From the NCBI RefSeq assembly GCF_964355755.1, contig NC_092678.1:25561365-25625364 (forward strand): a DNA stretch of 64,000 bases, given 5' to 3'. Numbering within the stretch: position 1 is the stretch's first letter; the number at the start of each line of letters is the position of its first letter. Both the position numbers and the translations under genes were made by a program. The notes under the pieces are model-generated. The model saw only the letters and a program-made list of their open reading frames with translations. It made no database searches and was not told where the DNA came from. This document shows, piece by piece, positions 33,501 through 45,700 of the stretch. The stretch is from Antedon mediterranea. Lineage: Eukaryota; Animalia; Echinodermata.

Positions 33501-36500
33501 CTGAATGAAACTAAACAATTATAGACAGTTCAGATTAAATTTTTCTTGTAAAAACTAAAATTTAAAATATAAAATGAATATATTTTTCCTATTAAAATTT
33601 GTTTTAAATGGTTTTGAATCCACAGAATATTCTATAAGCATGAACAAAATTCTTGTGCCTTGAGCCACTGTACTTTAATCAATTATTACAGCATTTACTA
33701 TAATCTGGTTCAAAATAGATTGATTCAATTGGCTAGGTTGCCAGAAATACAAATCTCCATGGTTGCCTCCTGTCCTGTTTATCAGTGTTTGTCAGTATAC
33801 ACAATTTATATTTATCTGAGGAATTCTTTTAAATGACATCATTAAGTATTTCCTTCAATTTTGCTTTTTCATATTTTTCCAACATTATTAATTCCAATAA
33901 TTTTATATCACTGACCATGACATTTTTTTCAGTGGATGTAATAAGAACCCCTGAAACATATAAAAAGTTTTTTTATTTTATTTTTAGGAACGGAGGTATC
34001 GGGGGAAGTCGTAGAAGTCGGTAAAAGTGTGAGGAAGTTTTCGAAGGTCATTATTTAATTTGTGTATCATTTTAAGATTACGTGCTTTTGAAATTGATGA
34101 TTGGTTTGTGTTAAAAATGTCTCAATACATTTCATTGAGCTCTTAACAATTTTATACACACATTGGACAGTTATATATATTATATAATATAATATTTTGT
34201 CTTTTTCTATGACCATCATATATATATAATAACACGAGTAAGAGATAACTAGATCGTCTGCTTACAATGCTCGATACAATTGGTAGAGCTAGATATATAT
34301 CAACAATAAAAATAAAACTTTATTACTTCATTTTATTTTTATTTTTGATATATATCATAATGTATACTTTTGTTCCTTATATGGAGATAATGACTAGAAA
34401 CGGTAAATAATCGCCAATTGTTGTCATTTTCAGGGAGATCGTGTTTTAGGACTATCACAAGCTATGCAAGGATATGCACAAGAATGTGTTCTTGAAGAAA
34501 TGGTAAAAAGAACAATCACAATCTACGAGATTTGTGACATTCATTTCACTTGTTAAAATTGTGCATAAATTGAGAGTTGCATCCTTGTATCAATCACCCT
34601 TCTTACCTTTCTATCACTTTTTAATATTTGAATTATGCACAAAAATAGATAGTTTTGATAATAATCTTTACATCTTGGCCAACTCTTTCCTTCCACATTT
34701 TCTTATGTAATTCTATCTTGTTTCCGACTATGTCTTATTCCACGGTGGTGTACTCCTCTGGGAGAACAGATTTTAACTGAAGAGGACACCCAGTATAAAG
34801 ACCAAATAAATAAAAATAAGTTAATAATCCATTCTTGTCTCTGCACACATTTGGGAAGTTCAATCTTGTTCTCACTTGCGTTCTTCAGGCTCTACCCATT
34901 AGTTAATGTTACTAAAATCATTTCTGAATATTTGCGGTTTCTAAGCGGAAATTGCAATCAAAGTTTCTGATTGTGGCATCAATTATCGCCAGAGTTTAAC
35001 GTCCTCTAGCGGTGGAAGTTATGATTCATAACTTAATCACGACCACCTTGGTACGACAACACTGACGCTTAATTTTGCACGACAAAAACTTGTTTCATTT
35101 GAGAGGATAAAAGGGTGTTTAAATTAACTGAATATTTAAGTTTATGTGCCGCAGAGGCTCTACAGTGGTGTAACCACCTAGAGCCTGAGGGCCCTGGTTT
35201 AAGAAACCTAAGTGGCCCACCAAGTTCAACGCTGGAGACCTTGGGCATTTTTAGCCTGTTTTATTTTAATGCATATTTTTTCCCTATGGGTACTGCTCTG
35301 GGGCCCCTATAAGCTCCGGGGCTCCTGGGTTTAGACAGTGAGCGCTAATAGCTGTAGCTGTTAAGCCACTGTGGATCTGGGCCTCCGTGGTTAAATATAG
35401 TTGATCCGACGAAATCGCTTCTGCAAGAAATGAATTGGCTTGTATTCTGTTTAATTTCTTGCAGAAACAATCTTAAAATAATCTTAGAAAAGTCTTAAAA
35501 TAGTCTTCTTAACATTTGGTAGTCATTGACTGTTATTGACAACATTAGTAATGTTTTTTTTCTTTAACATGAATCAACTTTGTCCTCTATAGACTAGATA
35601 ACTATGACACTTTCAAGATTTATATTTTCTTTCTTTAATTTAGGATTTATGGCGATTACCTGACAGCATGAGTTTTGAAGAGGGCGCTGCTTTACCCGTA
35701 AGCTATGGGACAGCGTGGCTTGGCCTAACTAGAAAATCAAATACCAAAAAAGGGTAAGAAAAAACACAAATCAGGAATATGAAAGCAAAAATGTGTATGC
35801 ATAATATTATTACACAATTATTATTTGTAAAAAGACTAGAATTCCCTCTTCATGCAGTGAAGTGTCCAGGTCCTTTGTCTCTATGTATTTTTAAACATTT
35901 TGTCTAAAAACAGAAACTCAGATTTGGCTTGATATCAAGTTTTCATGGTTTTGGTAGTTCAAACATTATTGACATATCAATCAAAAGAATTATCTACCCT
36001 TTAACATTTTACTTTAAAATGCACTATATGACAAATCTCTGAAGCATGCTTAAATGTTGTGGGTGTGGCTAAAAATTAGAATTTAAGAAAACTTTCGCAG
36101 AATACTATTCAGGGTGACGCAAAGGGATCACATTTGATTTTGGGGGTGTGACCTCAGATTTTTTTATAGTCATGTCATAAAAATACAGTATGTCTTTTTC
36201 CTGGTCATCATCGTACATGGAATACTGATGCAATAAATTGATACAGTATAATACTAAGTTGAAATATCTAGTAGAAACTCAGCAGACATGTATGTGGGCA
36301 AAACAGTCTGCAATACCTATTAAAGCATAATACCTTTTAATGGGTCAGTATGATGTATGAGAAATTGTAGAAAAACTGTAGTATTAGCGTAAGCAAGAAA
36401 TATTACGATAAACATGAAAGAGAAAAATGGTCCTATGTATCTTGTTTCACTTACGATGTAACTAAAACGAATTGGACAAACTAACGTTTTATGGATTGAT

Positions 36501-38736
36501 TCATGTAAATACGCTAGAGAAAAGAAAGTGATAATATTTGAAAAAAGATCATCTTTAATATATTTATAATAAGAAGGGGAATGACTTAAAACGGAGCTAG
36601 CATACTTAGAATTCAAATGGCGCCATGGAAACACAAACATCTTTACTATTACTTCCCTCTTCTTCCTTGAGGAATTTTATTGGCCTCCATCTTTTACAAT
36701 CAGTCCACCTGTTTCGGCTGAGTCATTGATGCGGCCATCACTATTTATTGACCTCATTTTGGCTCCGTTTATTTTAATTTTGATTCGATTTTAAAAGTAA
36801 ATGAACTTTTATTTGTTAAGTGAACTTTTATGTGTGAAATGAATAATTGTTTTTGCAATTTGAAAGGTTGCAAAAAATGATTTAATTGAATCCATTAAGA
36901 TTTGATGTTTTTGTTTCTAATAAAAACAATCATTTTCAATTTGGGTTAGAATTAAAGCTTCAAATCATTTTATATAATTTGTGATGTCCCCATAGTCACC
37001 ATAACCGATGAATGACTGTCCTATACACAAGGGTAAATAATTGAGTAAAGCATAAATATGAATGATTAAATGATTTATATTAACCTTTTTTGTTTAATTT
37101 TTCATTGATTGGTGACAAAAAAGAGTTTCGTTTCCAATTTCTTCATCGTCTTTTATCATTTATGTTTGTTCTAGATAAGTTGGGTAATTGGCTACCTGGT
37201 TTGACAGTTACGACGCAACTATATAAAAAAAACTTTTTTTACAATTGCAATCATTTCAAAAGACATACAAATTTAAAAACGAGGGTTTATGATAAAAATA
37301 GCGTTCATGTGTTCCTTATATTGCAGGGAAACAGTACTAGTAACAGCTGCAGCAGGAAGCGTTGGCCTGGCAACCATGGACCTTGCGACTAATGTTTTTG
37401 GAGCAAAGGTTAATATATCTGTTTAACTCCATTTATTTGGCCGTATTTTCCTACTATTTACAGAAAAAAATCAAAACATGAGGTTTAAAATACTGTATAA
37501 CCGAAAATTAAAATTGATGTTTCTACAATGTTTGCTTTAAAAAACTATATTAGTTTAGGCAGTTTAGGCCCAGAAGTCTTGAAACAGGCCAAAAAGTCTT
37601 TTGCCAATTAATTGCAGTCAAGGGCACACAGTACATTTATGATTTAGTTTGATAATTAATTTGGAATGGATCTGTGGGAAGAAACTGTTTAGTGTCACAA
37701 CCTGTTTGAATCATTCCGCATTTTAGGATCTGTAAAAATTTATTTTAAACTTTATTTGTGAAGGTGATTGGTGCAGCTGGTGGCCCTGACAAGTGCTCAT
37801 TGGTCATGAAGAGAGGGGCAGCCCACGCTGTGGATTACAAAGCGGAAAGTATTCGTGAAAAGGTGAAAGAGTTCACCGGAGGTAGAGGAGCAAATGTGAT
37901 TTTCGATGCTGTAGGGGGAGACGCATTTAAAGAGTGTTTAAGATGGTGAGGTCGAAAGAATCTTGAATAAAGTATATCGTATATCAGAATTTGTAGATAT
38001 ACAAATATGTTTTGTAATAATAACCGTTTTTCAGTCGCAGTATAAGGACGTTCTGAGCATGCTCAGAGCTGCGTAGACAGCGTCTGTAATCAAATGCCAG
38101 TTTGGTCCTATATACAGTGCTGTAACCTAAAAATGTATTAATTCAATGATAAAAACTGACTGCAAATTTAACTTTAAGAAATAAAGCACCGTCATTTTGA
38201 CAAGTTATTAACATAATGACTGTCTTTTTCAGTATTGCTTGGGAAGGTCGACTTGTCATCATCGGTTTCGCTGGGGGCAGTATTCCCAAAATTCCAGCCA
38301 ATATCCTTCTGGTGAAAAATATCTCTGCTATAGGACTTTACTGGGGTGATTTTCGCAATAAGGAATTGGAGACTTGGAAGGCCTCAATAAATGAAGTTAT
38401 GTCTTATTTTGAAAAAGGACAAATTAAACCGCATATTGGAAGAACATTTCCCCTACATCAGGTTGGTTTAAAGGATTTAAATTTAAAAAAAAGTACCAAC
38501 AGTTTATCTTTCAAGAATTTGCTGAAAGATGACATCATAGAACTTTTCATGCATGTAATTAATTTAACTAAAGGAAGGAATATGCCCCACTTTTTCTAAA
38601 ATTAACAGTTTTGAAATGCTACTGTACTTCTCAATAATAAAATTTATTTTATCGTTTTTCATTTCAGGTTAACGAAGCATTTAAGTATATACAACAGAGA
38701 AAATCAACGGGTAAAATTGTACTAACCATGTCATAG
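30592..38736 (+). CDS. CRYZL2: Quinone oxidoreductase-like protein 2 (zeta-crystallin-like NADPH:quinone reductase, MDR superfamily); start exon unresolved
   Basis: Exons 30592-30724, 31502-31598, 33988-34046, 34434-34502, 35644-35753, 37327-37408, 37764-37945, 38233-38461, 38668-38736 splice in frame at GT-AG sites. Motifs: VRIAVRSCGINFADVLLAAGLYQEKPPLPFIPGTEVSGEVVEVG, GDRV, GAALPVSYGTAW, GETVLVTAAAGSVG (nucleotide binding), GANVIFDAVGG, AWEGRLVIIGFAGG, RKSTGKIVL-TMS-stop. Confidence 0.92.
31185..31341. repeat. Minisatellite of about 33 bp (x4-5) with an internal palindrome
   Basis: tcactgtCCTATCaGATAGGtgctaatcccct units in a CRYZL2 intron. Confidence 0.92.
35163..35371. mobile_element. Possible hAT-like MITE
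   Basis: CAGTGGTGTAAC ... GTTAAGCCACTG ends with GGGCCC-type internal motifs; no clear TSD. Confidence 0.4.
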
Positions 38737-40476
38737 TAGGCCTACAGTAATAGACACCTTACCTACTAGATGCTGTATTGTACAGTGGGGCTTCTCAATA
38801 TAATACTCAGGTCTGGAAATACTACTGTATACTGTATATATACAGGCATTTCAACAATTTAAAATCTTATCTAATTTCTATCAATATATTATTTTTAAAT
38901 GTCTTTATCTTGACTAGGATGCAAGTCCAGCCACTTAAATTTACTTTTTGGGTGCTTTACACAAGAACAAATAAGCTGACAACAAATGAGTTTGCATGCA
39001 AGAATTTGAGTGTCAACCTCAGTGTCGACCTCAGTGTTGACCTCAGTGTCGACTTGTTCTTTTGTTTGTATCATTTGAAAGTTTAATATACAATTAATTA
39101 TGTAAATCATAGGGATTATTTTAGATTTCTAATTTTGTTTTGCTAATTTAAGATAATTATATTTTAATTAATTCAATCAATTTATATACTTTTTTATAGA
39201 TATAAAATATTTAAGAATATATTTGAACCGAAACTAAAATATAAAGTGAACTTTTCACAAAGAGCTAAATATTAGCGACATTTCACATAATGCAGATTAC
39301 ATTAAAGCAGCTAAATGGATTTAATTTGGATTGTATCATCCATCAATGTGTCATGCCGTAATAGCACCAGCAGCAGACTATGTAAACAATGTGATGTGAC
39401 CAGCATCTGTCTAGCAAAGGTTTGCTTCTGGTTTCCGCACACATACAATAAGGCAATTTCAAATTCTTGTTGACTTGGAACTGTGATGAGCTTTCTAAAA
39501 ATAATTGTTCAGAATGTGCAATTAATCAAACAAAAGGTGGCTTAACTGCTTTATTTTAATAGGTCCAAACCTTAGTATCCTCCATGTATCTGGCTTCGTA
39601 TCTTATAGGTTTTCGAAAAATATTTACCAAAAGAATGATATAGTTGTGCAATACTAACATCAAGATATATTTCCATAAATCTAAAGCAAATTGCAAAACA
39701 TTAATGTTGTTTTAATGCTTTAAATGTCATTTATTACCCTTGGGGTATTAACTCCTAAATGTTAGGCCTCTACAGATTCTGATATCATAATTAACAGTTA
39801 CTGAATTCAAGTAACTTTCTACGCCTGACTGAACATGTCTTTAAAGCTTGCTACTGTACAGTTTCCGTCAATAAGTTTCTTGAAGCATTGTATGGAAGGC
39901 AATCGGTGCTAACAAATTTTTGCAATAGTTAATATTCAATGTTAATAGTATATTATAAATTTTGAAGGGTTAGGGTTAGGGAAAAAAAGTTTTGTTAAAA
40001 GCCCTCAAGTAATGTTAGCCTTCAATGCTAGCTGCGTGTAAGTGTAATCAGTTCCTCAACTCTCTTCCCTAAGGTCTCTTAGTTGCCAAGTTGCCGTGGC
40101 GTCGACCCTGGGACTTAAAGTTCATTTCACGCCAAGGCAACACATTCGCTAATTTCATTTGTAAGCCATCATTCATTGCGTTTAATTTGGGAGGTACGAA
40201 GCAACTCAGTTTTGATTTTGTCTGAAACTAGAACTTGAGTATGGCTATGACACGCCATGTGTGCCAAAATGTTTTTCTCGTCGTCTAAAACCTAGACTAC
40301 AAATCCAGAAGCAAATTAAAGGCTCACAAAGATTAATCAGATTTCCATAAAAGAGTTTAATGTAACATAATCTCAGCTGATAAATACAATATATAGACAA
40401 TCTTTAAATCGTTAAAAAAAACATCTCTTTAACTAGAGTTACAGCAACCACTGTTAAACTATGGTACATGGCTACA

Positions 40477-40589
40477 GTCTACACTATCAAACTAACAAAG
40501 TGATGTACCCAAATATGGTAGTGATATGACATCTTCATGTCCATATATGGGCATGTCACATTTATTGTCACATAAAGTTTGACAGAGCT
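40477..40589. mobile_element. MITE family A copy (short)
   Basis: gtctacactatcaaact ... aaagtttgacagagct. Confidence 0.75.
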
Positions 40590-40827
40590 TAACAGTCAGT
40601 ACATGACTAGTTAGTGCAAGTAACTATTGACCAAAATGACTAATATCATATTTTATATTTTAAGCATCACAGCAGTTTAGCCTACTGCTTCTGGTCTCGT
40701 CTGAAACACTTGCACCAAAGTTGTGCCTCCATTTTAATAAACCCTTTAAATTTTACCATTGGACTAAAGTGACTTTTAGCTTGTACTTTAGTTGCAGAAT
40801 GTCAAATTTCTGTCCTAAGGTTATCTA

Positions 40828-42208
40828 TCATTGAAACTGTGATAATGGCGCTTCCTGATTTTCGAGTGATGGGTCCTGCATCTGTGGGTTAGCTGTTGAC
40901 AAAATAAAATAATGTTATATACTTAAAGGAGGGCAGCAAAGCAGTTACTGTAGAACAAATTTCAAAATTGAAAAGGTTTTCGTTCATAGTAATATGGATT
41001 AATAAATGAACTCACTTGGTCTGAACTGCTCAGCTGAAAAGCGTGTCATTAAAATTCCGATTCCCTCAATCATTGCCAACAGCACACCACCTATAACAAT
41101 TGTATATAGATTAAGAGGTTTGCCATAATAATAAAAAATACTGTGGGTCCCTAGCTTCTAATGCTCCCCTTCCCCCTACTGTTGATATATTGTTGCAGAA
41201 TCACATACCAATAACTGCTGATCCTGTCATTGCTACTGCTCCACCTGAAAAAACAAAAATATACAAATTTAATATTTTACAATCTCGTAGCAGGAACTAG
41301 TCAGTCATAAAGAACTTCTTAAACGTACTTCTTGCTGCCAACACTGCTCCGGTTAGAGCGCCACTCGTGATCGAGTTCCACGGGTCTTCTTTTTGACGCA
41401 GATGAACTAATGTACAATCAAACGTCGAGAATAAACCACCCCATATTGCAAAATTACCTGGAAAAAAAATGAAATTTTTATTTAATTATTTCTCTTGACA
41501 TTCATTGATTTTTCAAATTGTAAGATATTTATAAACTTTGTGTAAACAAATTGCTTTTCTTACCACCAACTATTGGTGCCTTGTGTTTGACAGCCATCAA
41601 GCTTCCTGCTAACCTGTACCTGAAACCCTAAAATAAACATATATTTATAACATTTTAAAAATATATTTTGTTACGTTTTATGTTAATACTACTTCACCAC
41701 ATGAATATCTTGCTGTTTACTTACGGCCGGTGCATTCCGTGCTCCTAGAAACGAATGTACTACTCCACCACCAATAACACCCATAGAAAAAGCGCCACCG
41801 CAGTCATCGACTATCCGCCATGGACTAATAAGAAATCAAGATAAGTTAGAAAAACATTTTGTGGAATACTATTCCAATAGCATACGTACGAAAGTATTAA
41901 TACGTACAAAAAATACATATATTGGTAGCTAGGCCTAGGTAGGCCCACATCAGACTCAGTACCAGTAGTATCTGCATGCAGTCCACCAGCAGAGATGATG
42001 ATGTAATAATAATATAATAATATAGCGGCCTAGCTAGAGATATGTATCCTTTTTGGACCTTCGGCACGAAATAATATCGTTTTATGGAATTCAACGTATA
42101 CGAAATAATTTACTAAAATCATAATTTAATCATTTTTTAAATAAAATTCAGAATTTAGTAGTTTTTTACGTGTTTTCCTTACCATGGTTCACGTGCGTAT
42201 TCTTCCAT
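40828..42208 (-). CDS. TIMM17: Mitochondrial import inner membrane translocase subunit Tim17 (164 aa)
   Basis: Seven exons 42208-42183, 41824-41725, 41627-41564, 41457-41329, 41244-41209, 41090-41016, 40892-40828 total 495 nt and translate to [29 protein letters not shown]...[16 protein letters not shown]...[25 protein letters not shown]...[23 protein letters not shown]..., the Tim17 signature. Confidence 0.97.
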
Positions 42209-42776
42209 TTTGAGATCCGAATGTCGCCCTCAAGTTTTGAAGCAAGATGACGTAAGAGATGTCCGGTGGCTGTTTATATAACTTACAGTTTTTCTATCGA
42301 CACAATAACCAATATGCGCACGAAACTATCGCCGTGCTGATAGAAAATATAAATTAGAAACACGTATGGCCGGCTGTCGTGTCGATAGATAACCCTTGTG
42401 GCTAATCTTTTTAATGAAAAGCGCGTTGAAAAACAAAATGTTGGCATTGAGTAAATTAAGAAATATTTACGAACTTTTGTAAATTATTAATTAAAAAACA
42501 TACATAAATCCTTATTAACTTATTAATATTATCATGTCTTGTAATATTATGTTAAAAGTTGATAATGGAGATACAGCTAGCTAGGCCCGAGCCTATAACC
42601 CATAATTTATGGAATATGGCTAGCCGGCCTTGGCCAAACAAAAACAGAGCCCGAGAGATAAAGGGTGGGTCGGTGCGCCTCGTATGTTACTCACTACAGT
42701 AGTCAATTCTCACCGCCGCCAAGTTTGATAAGTTCGCGGTACACCACGGTGGTGATGATAAAAATACATCATTTTG
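42209..42776. promoter_or_regulatory. Bidirectional promoter region shared by TIMM17 and RAD18
   Basis: Divergent start codons separated by 568 bp; CpG-containing, with a CRE-like TGACGTA near 42248 and CCAAT near 42309. Confidence 0.6.
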
Positions 42777-45700
42777 ATGGAAGTTTTGACAGTTACAGAC
42801 CCGACGGACTGGCCAAGCACTATGCCGGAACTTAGGGTAAGAACTTAGGCTAGCCTAGGCCTCTAGGTGAAAGTAGAAATAGCATGGATAAGTAACATTT
42901 TGTATAATGATGTATGATGATATGTGGGTCATTCTTCAGTAAGTGTCTAATTTCAGGTTTATAAAAAATCGATTTTAAAATTTGCATTTTTTAAATTTTA
43001 AAAGTTTATTCAGATAAATGAACATGTATTACATGGCAAGCATATGTTTGGCGCAATCTTTATTATATATTTCGTATTTTATTCGTATTTATAAATACAT
43101 GGTTCTATGTTACTGTCATTTCCGTCACATTTATGGAATATACAAAGATAGAAAAAATAACGGTTCAGGAATTATAAAATTATTTCCATTATTAATTCTT
43201 TGATACTATATATTATTTTTGTCTCTATTAATCAAAAAATGATTGTTTTAACATTTATAAGTATGATTTTATACGTTCAAAACCATTTACTATTCCAAAC
43301 AATAATAATTTTCAGAAAATAATATGACTGTCACTGATGTTTTACAAAATTCTGTTGAACTAATATTACTATCCATTGACATAGTAGAAGAATATTGTTT
43401 ATATTTCAATATACCACATAATTGCGTTCATTACTTAAATATTTTAGGATTTAAAAGGATAAAATATCCATGTGACGGAGATGAAACCGTGACGGATATG
43501 ACGAACCTAAAAAATCATGTGACGGAGATGACTTTAAGATATGATTTGATTATGTTTATTGACCAGAGTAACATAGATATACAATGTAATAACATAATAA
43601 AGATATACAAAACAAAATGTACAACAAAAAAAGGTCCTGGCAATAACAAAAAGTCATATCCGTCACGGGCCGTCATCTCCGTCACAACGAAACATTGGGA
43701 AATGTGACGGAGCTGACCGTGACGGAGATGATGTATTTAGCATTGGACAGCCTAGGATCACATCGTAGGCATGTCTGACAGCGGAGACGGATTGCATACT
43801 TCTAGATACCGTAGAACCTCGTTTTTTTAGCTTTTTTCCTCTTTTATTGAAAATGATGTGCGGCTAGTTTAATTTAAATATCTTCGTATGTTTACAACGC
43901 ACAGTCAATTTTTTTCCTCACCGTTCATTAAACTGTAGACGGTACATTTAAATTATGTGACGGAAATGACACAAAACTGCGGGACAAGCTTTTTCCAAAC
44001 AAAAACTTTAAAGTTTGAGATTTAATGTATGTAGAGATGTATTTCGAAGAATATAATCGCATGAAATAATGATTAACTAACTTTTTACAATATTTTCGAT
44101 AACAAAAGTCCTGTTATCAAATATATACGGCGATCATAAAATTGAAGATGTACGATCGGGACATAGGATTATAGGGGGTTGCCTGAAACATTTTTATAAA
44201 AATTAACAATATCAATGCAATTATCTTTGTTTTATGTAATTAATTATATTTACAATAATGTTGATTATGATTTAAGTCAAGAATTTTTATTTTTTAATGA
44301 TGAATTTTCAGTCTCTATCCCACCAAAGTATCGGGACACGATTTTAGACACTTACTGAAGAATGACCCATGTACAGACTCACTTGTACTAATTACTAATG
44401 ACTGTAAACCAAGCCAACACTGCGCCAAAGTATCTCAGCGGGCCATGAACTGTTTAAGAAGCATCAGAAGGACTTTCGTATATATGGATAAGGATTGTTT
44501 TAACGTCATCTACAAGCATGTACGCCCACATCTCGAATTTTGTGTTCAAGTATGGAATCCGTATCTTCAAAAGGACATAAATGTAATTGAAAGAGTACAA
44601 CGTCGTGCGACTAAATTAGTTCCATGTATCCGTTCATATTCATATGAAGATTGTTTAAAGTTTCTTGGCCTAACAACCTTGTATGACAGAAGAATTCGAG
44701 GTGACCTGATTGAAGCATATAAAATTGTTAAAGGTTTCGAGGGTGTAGCCAAGGATGACTTTTTCCAAATGAGAAGTAACATTAGCAGAATTACTCGAGG
44801 GCATCACCTGAGATTTTTCAAGCCTACTTTCCATAAAGGATTGAACTGTAGAAGACATACCTTCTCGCAACGAGTAATAAACCATTGGAACAGTTTACCA
44901 GCCGACGTTGTCAATTCTGAGACCGCTAATACCTTCAAGAATCGCATCGACACAATGTAGTTGATATGGGGTTTAAAAAGGCACATCGCCTAAACTTTCC
45001 CATTATAACTAAACTAAACTAAACTAAACTTAGTCTTTACTGACACTGTCCACCTCCACCACTCCACCACCACCAGCCACGAGACGAGTGTCTGTGAAGA
45101 ATGCCTACCTCCTCCGCTCCGCTCCACCATCATCCTCCCATCATGTTGATTGAGGGATGTTGTAAGCCTAAATAGCCTAGATATTTTAGGTTGTCATAAT
45201 ATTCATCCAATAAATTCGTTTTCCCACAGACAATTGACACTCTTCTTCGATGCCCCATCTGTTATGAATTTCTCAAAACGTCTATGATGGTTCCAGAATG
45301 CTCTCACAATTGTAAGAAAACTTTGTTGTAAATAATTATAATATCAATGCAAAAATAGGGTTTAAATATTTGTAAAGACTAAATGTTTATTGCTGCGGTG
45401 CCTCACTCACCAAGTCAATAGAGTAGTAGTAGGCCTACAGAATACTTCCTTTACTAGAGTAGACCTTATTTTTAATTATTAAATCATATTTTTATCAATT
45501 CCAGGTACATAAATTTGCAATAATAATATATTTGGATTTCTGTTGCAGTTTGTTCCCTGTGTATAAGAACATATATGGCGTATAAAAACCAGTGCCCAAC
45601 CTGCAGTGTATCGTTCCTGGAAACAAATCTGAAAAACAATCGACTTTTAGATGATATTGTAAAAAACTTCCTTGCTGTTAGGTTTGTTTGTTACAACATC

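Noticed and set aside
39967-39981. GGGTTAGGGTTAGGG telomeric motif
   Set aside because: Only about 2.5 units, too short to call an interstitial telomere
40091-40142. SECIS-like element (ATGA...AA...GA on the minus strand) downstream of the TGA-terminated TIMM17
   Set aside because: The spacing between ATGA and GA is too short for a SECIS helix 2, and the TGA is immediately followed by TAG at a non-conserved C-terminus
43324-43707. 127-aa ORF inside the Sola-like element as a transposase
   Set aside because: No DDE/DDD motif; the MTVTD/VTEMT repeats simply reflect the GTGACGGA DNA motif
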